Assembly (NCBI GenBank): GCA_037925075.1
Contig: JAXSNR010000002.1
Coordinates: 64,001 to 128,000 of the forward strand
DNA: 64,000 bases
DNA from: Aquificaceae bacterium
Lineage (GTDB): Bacteria > Aquificota > Aquificia > Aquificales > Aquificaceae
Reading direction: 5' to 3'
Numbering within the stretch: position 1 is the stretch's first letter; each line of letters opens with the position of its first letter. This document shows, in pieces, positions 18,595-27,756 of this stretch. The notes under the pieces are model-generated. The model had not been told where the DNA came from, searched no databases, and saw only the letters and a program-made list of their open reading frames with translations. A program made the position numbers and the translations under genes.

Positions 18595-21222
18595 TCACTC
18601 CCACCATATAAGTGGTTTAATAAGTTTATAATCTAAATCTTTTGTGTTTATAACCGTTCCATCTTCAAACTCTACTTCATCTTTCCGGATTTTCTTGATC
18701 CACTTACCTGTAAGATTAGATAGGGTTTCCGCAATGTCAATGTTAGAATAAAGCTTTGATAAATCTACTTTCACTTTGTTATTTTCATAGTCTATTTCAA
18801 GAGCTTTGAGCATTTTTTCATCCTTCATAAAAACATACTCTTGGTATGGATCCCTTCGGGGTATAGTAAATAGGTCCCCATCTTCATACTTACAATTTGC
18901 CAGTGTTTCTTCGTATTGTTCAAGTTCGTAGTATTTAAAGAATATTCCTATACCATCTACATCTTTTGGCTTACCTTCTTCCCAGTTAAATGAATAGGCA
19001 ATCTTTTTAATTCTCGGAATGATTACGGTTTCAAAGTAATCTGCCATTTCTACAAGGATAAACTTTCTTTTGCCTCCATCTTCTTTATTTAGTTTCATAA
19101 CTGCGTGAGCGGTTGTGCCAGAGCCGGCGAAGAAGTCGAGAATTAAGTCTTTTTTACGTGATGAAACGTAAATTAAAAGCTTTATTAAATTAGTGGGTTT
19201 TGCAGTATCAAAAGTTACACCTAATAAATTCTTTAGTTCTTTTGTCGCTTCGGAAGTTCCTCCAATTTTATAAGGCAATTCATTATCATCTAAAACACTT
19301 TTCAATGGATCCCCATTAATCATACCCTCAGCATCATGTAAATACTTTTTTATCATAATTCTATATTTGTCCCTCTCTTTAATTACACCAATTACTCCGC
19401 GAGCATAAACCTCTTCCATACTCTTCTTTGTCATTGCGAATACTGATTCTCCGTCCTCAGATGGATAAATAACTACTTCTTGTGTTGGATCTATTTCCTC
19501 TGTATTCTTTTTGAAATCTAATCTATCTTCCTTGAAGTTATATACAACACCATAGAATAGATTGGGCCTTTGTTCTTTAGTATATTGATGAATTACCAAA
19601 TCATGCCACTTGAATATTCCATGTTGATCTTTATTTACGTACTTCCTTAGTTTTGTTGGACTCAAAATATTCGTAAAAATCTTGGAATTTTGTAATCCCC
19701 ATACAAATATATATTCATGAATTTCTGTAATATCTGAAATAACATAACTACCACTTGCACTTCTTCTTTTCCAAACTAGGTCTGCAAAGCGTTTTTCAAA
19801 TAGATTTTCTAAGATAATGCCGAGTTTATAAGATTCCTTGTAGTAGTTTTGATTATTCGCTATACTTACAAAGATAACTCCATCGCTTTTCATTAACTCC
19901 CTTGCCAAACTTAACCTATTTTCCATCATCGTAAGCCAAGAAGAAGATCTAAATCTATCACTATAAATAAATTCATCACTTCCCGTGTTATAAGGTGGGT
20001 CAATATAGATTGTCTGCACCTTTTCCCTAAATTTTGGTAAAATAGTATTCAATGCCTGATAGTTTTCACTTTTTATAAGCCAACCATCCAAGGAATTATC
20101 TAAATCATCAAACAATCCAAGAATTTCAAGTTCTAAATCCTTAAAGTACTTTGTATCAATAGGTAAATGCTTGTATTTGTTTGATAACTTCTTACCTGTT
20201 AAATCCTTTTCAAAAACATTCTCCACCTTAAAGCTCTCATCTACTATTCCCAACTCTTGCCATTCTTTTATCTGCTCTTTAATGTTTTCGTGGTTTAGTA
20301 TCTTTTCAATAACACTGTATCCACCATCCTTTTCCGCTATCCTGTCCAGTGTAATCACATAGTTAGAGTTTTTCACAAACTTTGGTTTGTTCCAGATTTT
20401 TAACAGTTCATCTTCAAACTGCGATATAAAGTCAATAATCTTAAAAGCAATTTCCTTTAGGATTTGCAATTGATTTATCCTATCCGCTGTCCATTCTTTT
20501 GCTCCATCCCAAACATATTGGTAAACCCATAGTTTAAACTGCTCATGTAAAAAGGCTTTGGCGTTCTTGTTAATAAAGAAATCAACTTCGCTTTGTTTTT
20601 CAAAAATCTTAAAGGCACGTTCCAATTGGTCTTCGGTAATCTTAATACCTTTTCCCTTTAGAGCCTTTAAAATCTCCTCCTGCTTTGTTTTTGTTCCTTT
20701 TTCAGAGTATTTAATACTAAAAACAATTGTCCCATCTTCCTTAACCTCTTTTAATTCAAAAACCAAGGATCTTTTCTCATTAGCTTTCTTGTTTTCTATC
20801 TCTGTCGCATCAAAGTAGAATTTAAGTCCGTCAAACTCCACAGGCAAACTTCTAAAAATCCTGTCGGTTTTCACATAATAGAGCATATGAGTTTTCCAGA
20901 ATAAAATAACATCTCTATCATCAGTATAAACTTTCTCGTAAATATTGCTATGAAAAGGCGTTGAATTAAAATAAATTGAGCCACTTTCTGTGAAATATCT
21001 ACTAAAGAAAGAATAAAGCTTATCAAAGAGTTCATCCCTAAAGGATGGGTATTTTTCTAAAGCCTTTTCTATATCTTCCCTTAGAAACTTCTCTATTTTT
21101 TCATAGTATTTTGATTTTATATTCATTAAGTTAATAAAACCACCTTTGCCTTCAACCTTCGCACCGACAAATACGTCCCGCAAGGCGGAATAAAATTTTT
21201 GTTCCTTACTTTCGGTAGCCAT
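18595..21222 (-). CDS. mod: Type III R-M DNA methyltransferase Mod subunit (beta class)
   Basis: YIDPPYN precedes DFFAGSGTT with an intervening AT-rich TRD; stop is 4 nt before the res ATG. Confidence 0.93.
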   Translation of the reverse strand: MATESKEQKFYSALRDVFVGAKVEGKGGFINLMNIKSKYYEKIEKFLREDIEKALEKYPSFRDELFDKLYSFFSRYFTESGSIYFNSTPFHSNIYEKVYTDDRDVILFWKTHMLYYVKTDRIFRSLPVEFDGLKFYFDATEIENKKANEKRSLVFELKEVKEDGTIVFSIKYSEKGTKTKQEEILKALKGKGIKITEDQLERAFKIFEKQSEVDFFINKNAKAFLHEQFKLWVYQYVWDGAKEWTADRINQLQILKEIAFKIIDFISQFEDELLKIWNKPKFVKNSNYVITLDRIAEKDGGYSVIEKILNHENIKEQIKEWQELGIVDESFKVENVFEKDLTGKKLSNKYKHLPIDTKYFKDLELEILGLFDDLDNSLDGWLIKSENYQALNTILPKFREKVQTIYIDPPYNTGSDEFIYSDRFRSSSWLTMMENRLSLARELMKSDGVIFVSIANNQNYYKESYKLGIILENLFEKRFADLVWKRRSASGSYVISDITEIHEYIFVWGLQNSKIFTNILSPTKLRKYVNKDQHGIFKWHDLVIHQYTKEQRPNLFYGVVYNFKEDRLDFKKNTEEIDPTQEVVIYPSEDGESVFAMTKKSMEEVYARGVIGVIKERDKYRIMIKKYLHDAEGMINGDPLKSVLDDNELPYKIGGTSEATKELKNLLGVTFDTAKPTNLIKLLIYVSSRKKDLILDFFAGSGTTAHAVMKLNKEDGGKRKFILVEMADYFETVIIPRIKKIAYSFNWEEGKPKDVDGIGIFFKYYELEQYEETLANCKYEDGDLFTIPRRDPYQEYVFMKDEKMLKALEIDYENNKVKVDLSKLYSNIDIAETLSNLTGKWIKKIRKDEVEFEDGTVINTKDLDYKLIKPLIWWE

Positions 21223-21224
21223 GT

Positions 21225-21422
21225 ATATTATTATAACCCATTTGGGAATTTTTTATCCCGCTTGTATGTTCTAACCTATCCTCCCTCTTTTGACTTGTTT
21301 TTCACCTCTGGTGGCAAAAAGCTTACATCCTTGTAGTATGTAGGTCTGAAAAAGATCCAATGCTTGAGGTTTTCAGGGGTTTTTGAATAGGAAACTTCAC
21401 ATAGCAAACCACCTTCCATTAA
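21225..21422. repeat. Direct repeat copy 1 (3' end of the 120-aa Cys-rich gene plus mod promoter)
   Basis: Aligns with 22417-22613; encodes LMEGGLLCEVSYSKTPENLKHWIFFRPTYYKDVSFLPPE. Confidence 0.92.
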
Positions 21423-21476
21423 TAAGGTTTCAAAAGGAATATCGTTTATGATGTTTTGTAAGTATAATTTAGACAT
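21276..21476 (-). pseudogene. Chimeric remnant: Res N-terminus fused to the duplicated C-terminus of the host gene
   Basis: MSKLYLQNIINDIPFETL resembles the Res start MELYLQKIVNSIQMQSL; the rest matches the C-terminus of 22467-22829. Confidence 0.8.
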
Positions 21477-22203
21477 TTTCAAGCGTTATTTCTTCTCCAT
21501 TACTGAATACTTTTAAGCCTTTAATCTCAATCCATTCCTCTCCAATAGTTAAAGGTTCTGTAGCTATTATCACCGCCTTCTCGTCTGGCTTTTTAATTTC
21601 TTCAAGGCTCAAGCTATATCCTTTATCTTTTAGTGTTACTTTCGGAAACGGTGCTTGTCGTTTCACAAAATATAATGCGTCATGCCCAAATGCAAAAAGA
21701 TAGTTCCCGTCGGACATCAAGAAATTAAATCTACCTAATTTAGAGATCTTCTCTGCTTCCAGCTTTAGAATTTTGTAAATATCTTGAAGCTTCTCTTTTC
21801 CGGCAATTTTATCCAACAAATAACAGAATGCGTGTTCAGAATCAGTATCTCCCTCAGGTTTAAAATTCTCTAATGCCCAAGATTTTATTTTCCTTACTGT
21901 TCCATTATGAGCAAATGACCAGTTTTTTCTATCAAATGGATGGGTATTTTTATGAGCTTGGCTACCACAACTTGCTAATCGAACATGCCCAATGATAATT
22001 TTGCTTTTGAATTTAAATTTATTATCAGTTATATCAGCATCAGCAAGAGATGTTGGACTTTTAATTATTTTGAGGGTGTTATTTTCGTCGTAAAAAGCAA
22101 AGCCATAGCCATGATAATTTGATCTTCCCCTAAGTTGAAATTCCTCTAAGGAAAGATTGATATCAACAAAATTATTGGATGATACTCCTAAAAGTTGACA
22201 CAT
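21469..22203 (-). CDS. Class II glutamine amidotransferase / Ntn-hydrolase (YafJ/EgtC-like)
   Basis: N-terminal MCQLLG, GYGFAFY, GHVRLAS, NTHPF, FAHNG, GDTDSE, ATEPL. Confidence 0.92.
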   Translation of the reverse strand: MCQLLGVSSNNFVDINLSLEEFQLRGRSNYHGYGFAFYDENNTLKIIKSPTSLADADITDNKFKFKSKIIIGHVRLASCGSQAHKNTHPFDRKNWSFAHNGTVRKIKSWALENFKPEGDTDSEHAFCYLLDKIAGKEKLQDIYKILKLEAEKISKLGRFNFLMSDGNYLFAFGHDALYFVKRQAPFPKVTLKDKGYSLSLEEIKKPDEKAVIIATEPLTIGEEWIEIKGLKVFSNGEEITLENV

Positions 22204-22207
22204 GTTT

Positions 22208-22418
22208 TTACCCCCACCAAATTAAAGGTTTAATCAATTTATAATCCAAATCTTTGGTATTAATTTTTGTACTGTCTACAAATTTCACTTTTCTTAATCC
22301 AATTTTTTATAATATTCTGATTTTATCTTCATCAAATTGACAAAACCACCTTCGCTCTCAACCTCCGCACCAATAAATAAGTCTCGCAAGGCTTTATAAA
22401 ATTTTTGTACTTTGACAT
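22208..22418 (-). pseudogene. Internally deleted type III mod pseudogene
   Basis: 5' part reads QKFYKALRDLFIGAEVESEGGFVNLMKIKSEYY and 3' part reads VKFVDSTKINTKDLDYKLIKPLIWWG*, matching both ends of the intact Mod. Confidence 0.9.
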
Positions 22419-22613
22419 ATTATTATAACCCATTTGGGAATTTTTGTCAAGCTTGTGTGGTCTAGCCTATTGTCCCTTTTTCGGCTTGTTTTTCGCCTCT
22501 GGTGGCAAAAAGCTTACATCCTTGTAATAGGTAGGCCTGAAAAAGACCCAATGCTTAAGGTTTTCGGGGGTTTTTGAATAGCAAATTTCACATAGCAAAC
22601 CTCCCTCCACCAA
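22417..22613. repeat. Direct repeat copy 2
   Basis: Aligns with 21225-21422. Confidence 0.92.
22422..22450 (-). promoter_or_regulatory. Consensus sigma-70 promoter upstream of mod'/amidotransferase
   Basis: TTGACA-17 nt-TATAAT on the minus strand. Confidence 0.85.
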
Positions 22614-22829
22614 CTTTGAATTGTCATCACAGCAATCCGTTAGGTTCCAAAACTCATAGTTATCATGAAATATTAGCTTGCTACAGCCAAGACATTCATA
22701 AAGCTTACAGCCCTTTGAGGATAGAAACTCTTTAAGCTCCATATCCTCAGGAAGCTTTTCAAGTTCAAAGAGGTTTTTGAGAAACTCTTTCTGTCTCTTT
22801 TCCAGCTCCCTTATCTTCATGGTACTCAC
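22467..22829 (-). CDS. Cys-rich hypothetical protein (possible zinc binding)
   Basis: CxxC (CLGC), CC and CxxC (CEIC); GTG start overlaps the upstream stop. Confidence 0.7.
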   Translation of the reverse strand: MSTMKIRELEKRQKEFLKNLFELEKLPEDMELKEFLSSKGCKLYECLGCSKLIFHDNYEFWNLTDCCDDNSKLVEGGLLCEICYSKTPENLKHWVFFRPTYYKDVSFLPPEAKNKPKKGQ

Positions 22830-23332
22830 CTAAAAAGGGATACCTTTTCAAAAACTCCTTTTACATAGTCCCAGTTGTCCGCCTTTAGTCCGTTGTAGGC
22901 TTTTACCGCCATAGGCCAATTGCCAAACCTTTGAAAGTTCTCGTAGAGTATCCTTGCTCCAAGTTCTATGTTGGTTTCTATGTCAAAAAGCTGGTCTGGG
23001 TCGGTTATACCGTATTCCCTCATAAGCCTTATGTTGTGCTGGTAGTTTACCTGCATAAGGCCTCTGTCTTCTGTGCCATCTTTGTTTTTGTTGTATGCCC
23101 TTGGATTGAAGTTGCTTTCTTGCTTTATTATGGCAAGGATTAGCTCTTTGGGAATGTTATACTTTAATGAAACCTCCTCCACCTTTGCCCTTATTCTTGC
23201 ATCCATCGGTAAGTTTTCCTTATCCTGCCTTTTTTCTATGGCTAAGTTTAGATAAGAACTAAAACTCTCTTGGGCTTTTATATGAGCCTCCCTTGTGGTT
23301 TTAAGCTCTAACTTCCATCCTTCTATTCTCAT
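22826..23332 (-). CDS. Lytic transglycosylase (SLT domain)
   Basis: AIIKQESNF, GLMQV, AYNG; start placed at MRIEGW. Confidence 0.9.
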   Translation of the reverse strand: MRIEGWKLELKTTREAHIKAQESFSSYLNLAIEKRQDKENLPMDARIRAKVEEVSLKYNIPKELILAIIKQESNFNPRAYNKNKDGTEDRGLMQVNYQHNIRLMREYGITDPDQLFDIETNIELGARILYENFQRFGNWPMAVKAYNGLKADNWDYVKGVFEKVSLFR

Positions 23333-23774
23333 GCCTTCTTTCCTTACAATCGGAGCATATGCCAAAGATTTCAAGCCTGTGATTTATTGGTGTAAAACTG
23401 TGTTCTTCGCATACCTTGTCTTGGAGGTTTTCTATCTCTTCCTTGTAAAACTCTATTATCTTTCCACATTCAACGCATATGAGGTGCTCATGATGGGGTT
23501 TTCCTGCGACAAATTCGTATATGGTTCTGTTGCCAAGCTTTATGACTTCCCGTATGGCTCCAAACTCTTGAAGAAGGCGTACCGTTCTGTAAACGGTGGA
23601 CCTGCTGGCTATGGATCTATCTTGGTTTGATATCCAACGTACCAACTCTTCTATTTCAAAGTGTGGACCGTAGTTAGCTATTTTATCAATTATTTCAAAC
23701 CTTCCCTTTGTAATCTTATGTCCGTTTTGTCTCAAAAACTGCTCAAACTTCTGCTTTAGCTCTTCCAACTGCAT
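23301..23774 (-). CDS. Fur-family transcriptional regulator
   Basis: STVYRT, HHEHLICVECG, GICSDC. Confidence 0.93.
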   Translation of the reverse strand: MQLEELKQKFEQFLRQNGHKITKGRFEIIDKIANYGPHFEIEELVRWISNQDRSIASRSTVYRTVRLLQEFGAIREVIKLGNRTIYEFVAGKPHHEHLICVECGKIIEFYKEEIENLQDKVCEEHSFTPINHRLEIFGICSDCKERRHENRRMEVRA

Positions 23775-23822
23775 GGCATATAATATAAGCTAACTGAATA
23801 TCATTTGCAACAGGAGGAAAAG

Positions 23823-24485
23823 ATGAAAAAGCCAAACCTTACCCTTTACCTTGTGACCGATGACCGATACTTTCAAGATAGGGACCTTGTTTCTACCATA
23901 GAGTCTGCCATAAGGGGTGGTATCACAGCCCTTCAGTACAGGTTCAAAAACAAGCCAGCAAGGCAGATGTACGAAGAGCTTTTGGTTCTCAGAGAATTGA
24001 CCCAGAGGTACGGCGTTCAGCTTGTGGTAAACGATAGGGTGGATTTAGCCCTTGCAGTTGGAGCGGACGGGGTGCATGTGGGTCAAGAGGACCTTCCTCC
24101 AGATGTGGTCCGGAAGCTTGTAGGAGAAAGTATGTTTATAGGCTATTCGGTAAACTCGGTAGAAAAGCTAAGGGAAGTGGAACACCTGCCTATAGATTAC
24201 ATAGGCTTTGGCTCTGTTTATGAAACCACTACAAAGGCAAACTACAAGCTTGTGGGTATAGAGGGTTTGCGTCAGGCGGTAAAGCTTACTTCAAAGCCCA
24301 TAGTGGCCATAGGGGGTATAACCCATTACAGAGTTGGTGAGGTCCTCTCTGCGGGGGCAAAGGGTGTTGCGGTGGTCTCTGCCATACTGGGCTTTGAGGA
24401 TGTGGAGAAGGCAACAAGGAGCCTCGTGGAAGCTATGAAGGGCTACTACAGAAGGGCTTTGCATGAAGGTTTTGTATCTCCTTGA
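23823..24485 (+). CDS. thiE: Thiamine-phosphate synthase
   Basis: LYLVTD, QYRFK, VNDRVD, GVHVGQED, AIGGI; AGGAGG RBS. Confidence 0.95.
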   Translation: MKKPNLTLYLVTDDRYFQDRDLVSTIESAIRGGITALQYRFKNKPARQMYEELLVLRELTQRYGVQLVVNDRVDLALAVGADGVHVGQEDLPPDVVRKLVGESMFIGYSVNSVEKLREVEHLPIDYIGFGSVYETTTKANYKLVGIEGLRQAVKLTSKPIVAIGGITHYRVGEVLSAGAKGVAVVSAILGFEDVEKATRSLVEAMKGYYRRALHEGFVSP

Positions 24486-25332
24486 CGGATCTGCCTTTTT
24501 GTACAGGAGCTTTTTTGCACTTCCTCCTCTTTCCACAAAGTCTGGCTTCCCTACGGGTGCCATATACGGCTTTATGAGGGCTGTTCTTGCCCTTTTAAAG
24601 ACGGAAAAACCCTCCTACTTTGCCATAGCCTTTGACCATCCCGCACCCACACAAAGAGAAAAGGTCTACAGAGAATACAAAGCCAAAAGGCCTTCCATGC
24701 CAGACCCACTAAAGCTTCAGATACCGGTGATAAAGGAGCTTGTGGACCTTCTTGGTATCAAAAGGTATGAGATGGAAGGCTACGAGGCGGACGACCTTAT
24801 AGCAACCATAAGCTGGTGGGCTCTTGAAAGGGACTTTTCTGTTAAGGTCTACTCTCCTGACAAGGATATGCTCCAGTTAGTATGCGAAAGGCTTGTGCTG
24901 GTTAATCCCATAAGCGGTGAGGTCTTTGACAGAAGGAAGGTTTTAGAAAAGTTTGGCGTTCCTCCAGAAAAGCTAAAAGATTACCTTGCCCTTGTGGGTG
25001 ATAAGGTGGACAACATAGAGGGCGTAAAGGGCATAGGTCCAAAGACAGCCATCAAGGTTCTTGAGGTCTACGGTAGCGTAGAGAATCTTCTGAGAAATTG
25101 GGAGGACTTTGTTGGTTCCTTCCCTCAAGCGAGAAAGGAAAGCCTTGAGCTTGCCCTTTCACTTCTTGAATTGCACAGGATAGAAGACATGGAGCTATCT
25201 GAAGAAGAGCTAAGGCTAAAAAAACCTCAGCTTGAAGCACTGAAAAGAAAGCTTGAAGATTTAGAGATGAAGAGCCTTATAAGGGAGGTGGAAAACCTTT
25301 CAAAGGCACCCACGCAGAAGAGCCTTTTCTAA
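24463..25332 (+). CDS. Stand-alone 5'-3' exonuclease/flap endonuclease (Pol I N-terminal domain)
   Basis: LLDGS, YKAKR, EADD, DKD, GDKVDNIEGVKGIGPKTA; no polymerase domain. Confidence 0.92.
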   Translation: MKVLYLLDGSAFLYRSFFALPPLSTKSGFPTGAIYGFMRAVLALLKTEKPSYFAIAFDHPAPTQREKVYREYKAKRPSMPDPLKLQIPVIKELVDLLGIKRYEMEGYEADDLIATISWWALERDFSVKVYSPDKDMLQLVCERLVLVNPISGEVFDRRKVLEKFGVPPEKLKDYLALVGDKVDNIEGVKGIGPKTAIKVLEVYGSVENLLRNWEDFVGSFPQARKESLELALSLLELHRIEDMELSEEELRLKKPQLEALKRKLEDLEMKSLIREVENLSKAPTQKSLF

Positions 25333-26051
25333 AAGCTCTGATTAAACCTTTCGTACAGGACATCAAGGGACCTTATGAGGTTTGAATAAACTTCGTGGGC
25401 TCTGTGGGTTTGAATAAGATGTGCCATTTCAAGTATAGGGTTCACATTGGAAAGCTCAAGAAAGCCCTGCATAAGCTTGTAGCCTTGAGAAGGTTGAGCT
25501 TGACCCACAAATAGGTCTCTACCAACCTTTTGAGGATTCTGAAGGTCAAAGATTCCAAGGGTGGCAACCTGCTGACCATTTACAAAAACAGACCCATCCG
25601 CACCAAAGACAGGTTGTCCCTCAAGCCTTATCTCCTTTAGGTTTTGGTCAAGTAGCCTGTAGCCAAGCTCGTTAACAAGATAGCCTTCTGCGTCCAGCCT
25701 GAGGTTTCCTTTTCTCGTGTAGAGGACCTCCTGACCCCTTCTGACTGCAAAAAAGCCAGACCCTTCTATGGCAAGGTCAAGGGGATTGCCAGTCTGTCTA
25801 ATCTGCCCTTGTGAGAGGTCCGCGAAGACCCTTTCCACTATTGGATAGAGAAAATTGTTGCTTGGATTTTGAGGGTCGGTGTCCGGAAAGGCTTGACCCA
25901 TAGGTGTTTCCCAAAGGCTTGCCAGCATAAGGTCCTTCTTAAAGGCAGGTGTATCCACGTTGGCAAGGTTGTTGGTTATGGTATCCAGCTTTCTTTGTTG
26001 TAGTAGCATCCCGCTTGAAAGTATGTATAGGGCTTGGTATTCCACCGCCAT
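25329..26051 (-). CDS. Flagellar basal-body rod protein (FlgF/FlgG family)
   Basis: NNLANVDT, TGNPLDLAIEG, YTRKG, LELSNVN. Confidence 0.9.
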   Translation of the reverse strand: MAVEYQALYILSSGMLLQQRKLDTITNNLANVDTPAFKKDLMLASLWETPMGQAFPDTDPQNPSNNFLYPIVERVFADLSQGQIRQTGNPLDLAIEGSGFFAVRRGQEVLYTRKGNLRLDAEGYLVNELGYRLLDQNLKEIRLEGQPVFGADGSVFVNGQQVATLGIFDLQNPQKVGRDLFVGQAQPSQGYKLMQGFLELSNVNPILEMAHLIQTHRAHEVYSNLIRSLDVLYERFNQSF

Positions 26052-26075
26052 CTTTTAACCTCCCCGTTGTATATT

Positions 26076-26300
26076 TTACCTGAAAAGTTTAGAAAGTATC
26101 CCACCTATGTATCCCACCAAAAGACCCACAAAAAAGCTCAAAATCACCAAAAGCCCAAGAGGCAGGGGAGGGATCATATAATAAATACCACCAAAGACTG
26201 GCGTAAGCACCAGAGAAACCTTCTCCTGATTAAGAAAAACAAGGGTTCCAGATATTCCCGCGATTATAATTAGCAAAAGAAAAATTAATACCATCTTCAT
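26076..26300 (-). CDS. Small membrane protein (LapA/DUF1049-like)
   Basis: Two hydrophobic segments with N...V and LPLGL pattern. Confidence 0.55.
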   Translation of the reverse strand: MKMVLIFLLLIIIAGISGTLVFLNQEKVSLVLTPVFGGIYYMIPPLPLGLLVILSFFVGLLVGYIGGILSKLFR

Positions 26301-27673
26301 GGCATACCCTCCTCCCTTTTGGCTACTTCCAGTCTCTTTAAAAGCTCTTCCCTTGCGGTCCCACCGTAGGTTTTTCTTCTGTCCGCCACCTTTTCTGGGC
26401 TCAAGAGCATCAAGGCATCCTCTTGGTAAAGTTCAGAGAAGCTCCTTAGCTCCTCCAAGGTAAGCTCTTCTGGTCTTTTGCCCTTTTCTATCAAATAGGC
26501 GGTTATGGAACCTACAACCGCGTGTGCTTGTCTGAAGGGAAGTCCCTTTATTACCAAGTAGTTGGCAAGGTCCGTCATTAGGGTAAAGCCTCCGCTTGCC
26601 TCAAGCATCCTGTTTGCCTTTATGCTCATACCTTCCAACACAAGGGTCATGCCTTCAATGCAGTCCCTTATGGTTTTCAAACTGTCAAAAAGTGGCTCCT
26701 TGTCCTCTTGAAGGTCCCTGTTGTACGCCATGGGAAGCCCTTTAAGTGTGGTAAAGAGGCTAAGGAGGTTTCCGTAAAGCCTTCCCGTTTTGCCTCTTAT
26801 GAGTTCAAGTACATCGGGGTTCTTTTTCTGTGGCATTATGGAGCTTCCAGTACATAACCTGTCGGGCAGATCCACAAAGCCAAACTCTTCGGTGGACCAA
26901 AGTATAAGGTCCTCAGAAAGCCTTGAAAGGTGCATACCACAAAGGGCACAGGCATAAAGCACATCAAGGATAAAGTCCCTGTCTGCGGTTGCCTGCATGG
27001 AGTTTCTACAAAGCCTGCCAAAGCCCAAGAGTTCCGCGGTGTAAAATCTGTCCAATGGGAAATCCACACCCGCGACCGCACCAGAGCCAAGAGGAAGACA
27101 GTCCGCACTTTTGTAAGCGTTTATAAATCTTCCCTCATCGCCCAAAAACATCTCCCTGTAGGCTAAAAAGTAGTGGGCAAGCCTTATGGGTTGAGCCCTC
27201 TGAAGATGGGTGTAGGAGGGTAAAAGTATGTCAATAGACCTCTCTGCAAGTTTTATAAGCTCCCTTCTAAGGGACCTAAGGCTTTTTATAACCTCTAAGA
27301 CCTTGTCCTTTATGTAGAGCCTTTCGTCGGTAGCCACTTGGTCGTTTCTGCTTCTTGCGGTGTGGAGCTTTCCTCCAAGATCTCCAAGCCTTCTTATAAG
27401 CTCCGCTTCTATGTTCATATGCACATCCTCAAGCTCTTGTCTAAAGTCAAAGCTTCCTTGGGATATGTCCCTTTCTATGTCTTCAAGACCTTTGAGGAGT
27501 TTTTGGGCTTCTTCTTCTGTTAGCACTCCAGCCTTTTGGAGGGTTTTTACATGTGCCTTACTTTGCCTTATGTCCCAAAGGGCAAGCTCCTTGTCAAAGC
27601 TCACCGATTGGGTAAAGTTCTCCACAAACTTCTCCGTCCTTTCTCTAAACCTGCCTTCCCAAGGCTTTTGCAT
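26297..27673 (-). CDS. argH: Argininosuccinate lyase
   Basis: WEGRF, RSRNDQ, THLQRAQP, GSSIMPQKKNPD; start placed at MQKPW. Confidence 0.96.
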   Translation of the reverse strand: MQKPWEGRFRERTEKFVENFTQSVSFDKELALWDIRQSKAHVKTLQKAGVLTEEEAQKLLKGLEDIERDISQGSFDFRQELEDVHMNIEAELIRRLGDLGGKLHTARSRNDQVATDERLYIKDKVLEVIKSLRSLRRELIKLAERSIDILLPSYTHLQRAQPIRLAHYFLAYREMFLGDEGRFINAYKSADCLPLGSGAVAGVDFPLDRFYTAELLGFGRLCRNSMQATADRDFILDVLYACALCGMHLSRLSEDLILWSTEEFGFVDLPDRLCTGSSIMPQKKNPDVLELIRGKTGRLYGNLLSLFTTLKGLPMAYNRDLQEDKEPLFDSLKTIRDCIEGMTLVLEGMSIKANRMLEASGGFTLMTDLANYLVIKGLPFRQAHAVVGSITAYLIEKGKRPEELTLEELRSFSELYQEDALMLLSPEKVADRRKTYGGTAREELLKRLEVAKREEGMP

Positions 27674-27756
27674 GGAAAAATTATAAGCTGACACATATCA
27701 GAAAAAAGGGCTATCTGTCGCTTAAAATTTAACATCAACCTAAAAAGGAGGCGATC

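Noticed and set aside
18595..21222. Phase-variable simple sequence repeat in mod (phasevarion)
   Set aside because: No long homopolymer or short tandem tract seen in the gene or its promoter
21276..21482. 68-aa ORF as a genuine small gene
   Set aside because: Explained as an in-frame junction of a res fragment and a duplicated gene end; one Cys of the CxxC is lost
15600..22613. Prophage or integrative element carrying the R-M locus
   Set aside because: No integrase, tRNA att site or phage genes; the nearby lytic transglycosylase has host-like composition and is coupled to fur
24463..25332. Truncated polA pseudogene
   Set aside because: Clean ORF with all nuclease motifs; a separately encoded 5'-3' exonuclease is known in Aquificae
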